Shown: positions 63,184-64,000 of the stretch, in pieces
Layout of the letters: the number at the start of each line of letters is the position of its first letter
How positions within the stretch are numbered: position 1 is the stretch's first letter
Origin: Eutreptiella sp. 'Long Island Sound 2002'
Taxonomy: Eukaryota > Protista > Euglenida
DNA length: 64,000 nucleotides
Reading direction: 5' to 3'
NCBI GenBank assembly: GCA_964036045.1
Contig: OZ038379.1
Coordinates: 11,470,001-11,534,000, forward strand
The notes under the pieces: generated by a model
Databases searched by the model: none
What the model was told of the DNA's origin: nothing
What the model saw: the letters and a program-made list of their open reading frames with translations, nothing else
Made by a program: the position numbers and the translations under genes

Positions 63184-63370
63184 AAATGATTGTTCCGCTG
63201 TGCCTTGTTTTTTTTTCCCCCGCTGTTTGCGCTTGCATCTGAATAATAATATTGGCTCATCCCTTCCTGTAATCCATACCCTGCACATGAAACAAGAGCA
63301 CAACATAAACATGCGGAACATCTTTGTATTTGTTTATGTGCGCGGGCTCCACTGCCCCACTGCAGTTGCT

Positions 63371-64000
63371 TTAGAAGTCCGGTGGCCACTCACTCCCCTC
63401 CCGCTCCCTGACAGCCCTGCTGTCGTGCTCCTGCCCGAGGCAGAAGCGCCTCTCCCCCTCACCCTCCTCTTCCTCCTGCCCCTCCTCCCCTTCACCACCC
63501 TCGTCCCTCTCGTTCTCCTCCTCGTCTTGTTCGTCATCGTCCACATTGATAACGTTGTCCTCTGGTGCCACGCATTGACTCGCCGGGGGGCCTGAGAAGC
63601 ACAACTCATCACGTGCCCTCGCCACAAAATCACTTGCCTGCGACATGAATTCTGTGCGCCCGGTGCTGTTGTGCAGGGGGACACCATAAAACCGTGTATG
63701 GGAGCCCTCGTGAGAAACCAGAGCGGCATTGAATGCTAGCCACTCATCACCTTCCCATCGCGCTACTTTGTCCAACTCAGCAACGCATGCCTCCACACTG
63801 TGATCAATCAGAGCAGAGCACCTCTTCGTCACCTGGATTCCCTGGGACATTAGGGCTGAAGCCTGCACAACATCCAGCATAAAAAACAGACCACATAGAA
63901 ACACCTCGTTCGTGAGTGCAAAAAGCAAAGCATCTCTTTGTTCTTTGTGGACTGCCTTGCTCAGGTGTACCTCACGCAAACCAAGGACAACAATCACATA
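63371..64000 (-). CDS. C-terminal part of an unidentified protein with an acidic tail, open at the window end
   Basis: Stop-free frame of at least 209 codons with a globular-looking region and a D/E-rich tail (DDDEQDEEENERDEGGEGEEGQEEEEGEGE). No family recognised. Confidence 0.45.
   Translation of the reverse strand, partial: YVIVVLGLREVHLSKAVHKEQRDALLFALTNEVFLCGLFFMLDVVQASALMSQGIQVTKRCSALIDHSVEACVAELDKVARWEGDEWLAFNAALVSHEGSHTRFYGVPLHNSTGRTEFMSQASDFVARARDELCFSGPPASQCVAPEDNVINVDDDEQDEEENERDEGGEGEEGQEEEEGEGERRFCLGQEHDSRAVREREGSEWPPDF

Overview
Repeat-rich eukaryotic genomic DNA with GC-rich exons, canonical GT-AG introns, many G/C homopolymers, microsatellites and short interspersed repeats. 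A euglenozoan host (euglenid-like) is an inference from the PFO/PNO-type exons and the gag-YR-RT gene order; it is not proven. Supported content: (1) the 5' four exons of a very large secreted or surface protein on the minus strand (10242 to <1, about 1600 aa visible), with about 12 Cys-containing ~100-aa repeats and a 1-nt frameshift in a G5 run; (2) a full-length 5.29-kb tyrosine-recombinase (DIRS-superfamily, VIPER/TATE-like order) retrotransposon at 25277-30567 with split direct repeats A1...B1A2...B2. Its unoccupied target site survives in a 1.3-kb inverted duplicate 4 kb downstream, so the 2-bp AG crossover can be read directly; (3) a BRCT exon that splices in frame to a minimal-type ATP-dependent DNA ligase exon (42130-44217), with a second BRCT and a possible PARP-type Zn finger remnant upstream; (4) decayed, partly duplicated pyruvate:ferredoxin/NADP+ oxidoreductase exons (45542-47750); (5) a complete two-exon FklB/Mip-like FKBP gene (60664-58024, minus); (6) a hAT-type MITE with TIRs and an 8-bp TSD, a tRNA-like Pol III remnant, and many tandem and local duplications. 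All homology calls come from motif recognition by eye, with no database searches.
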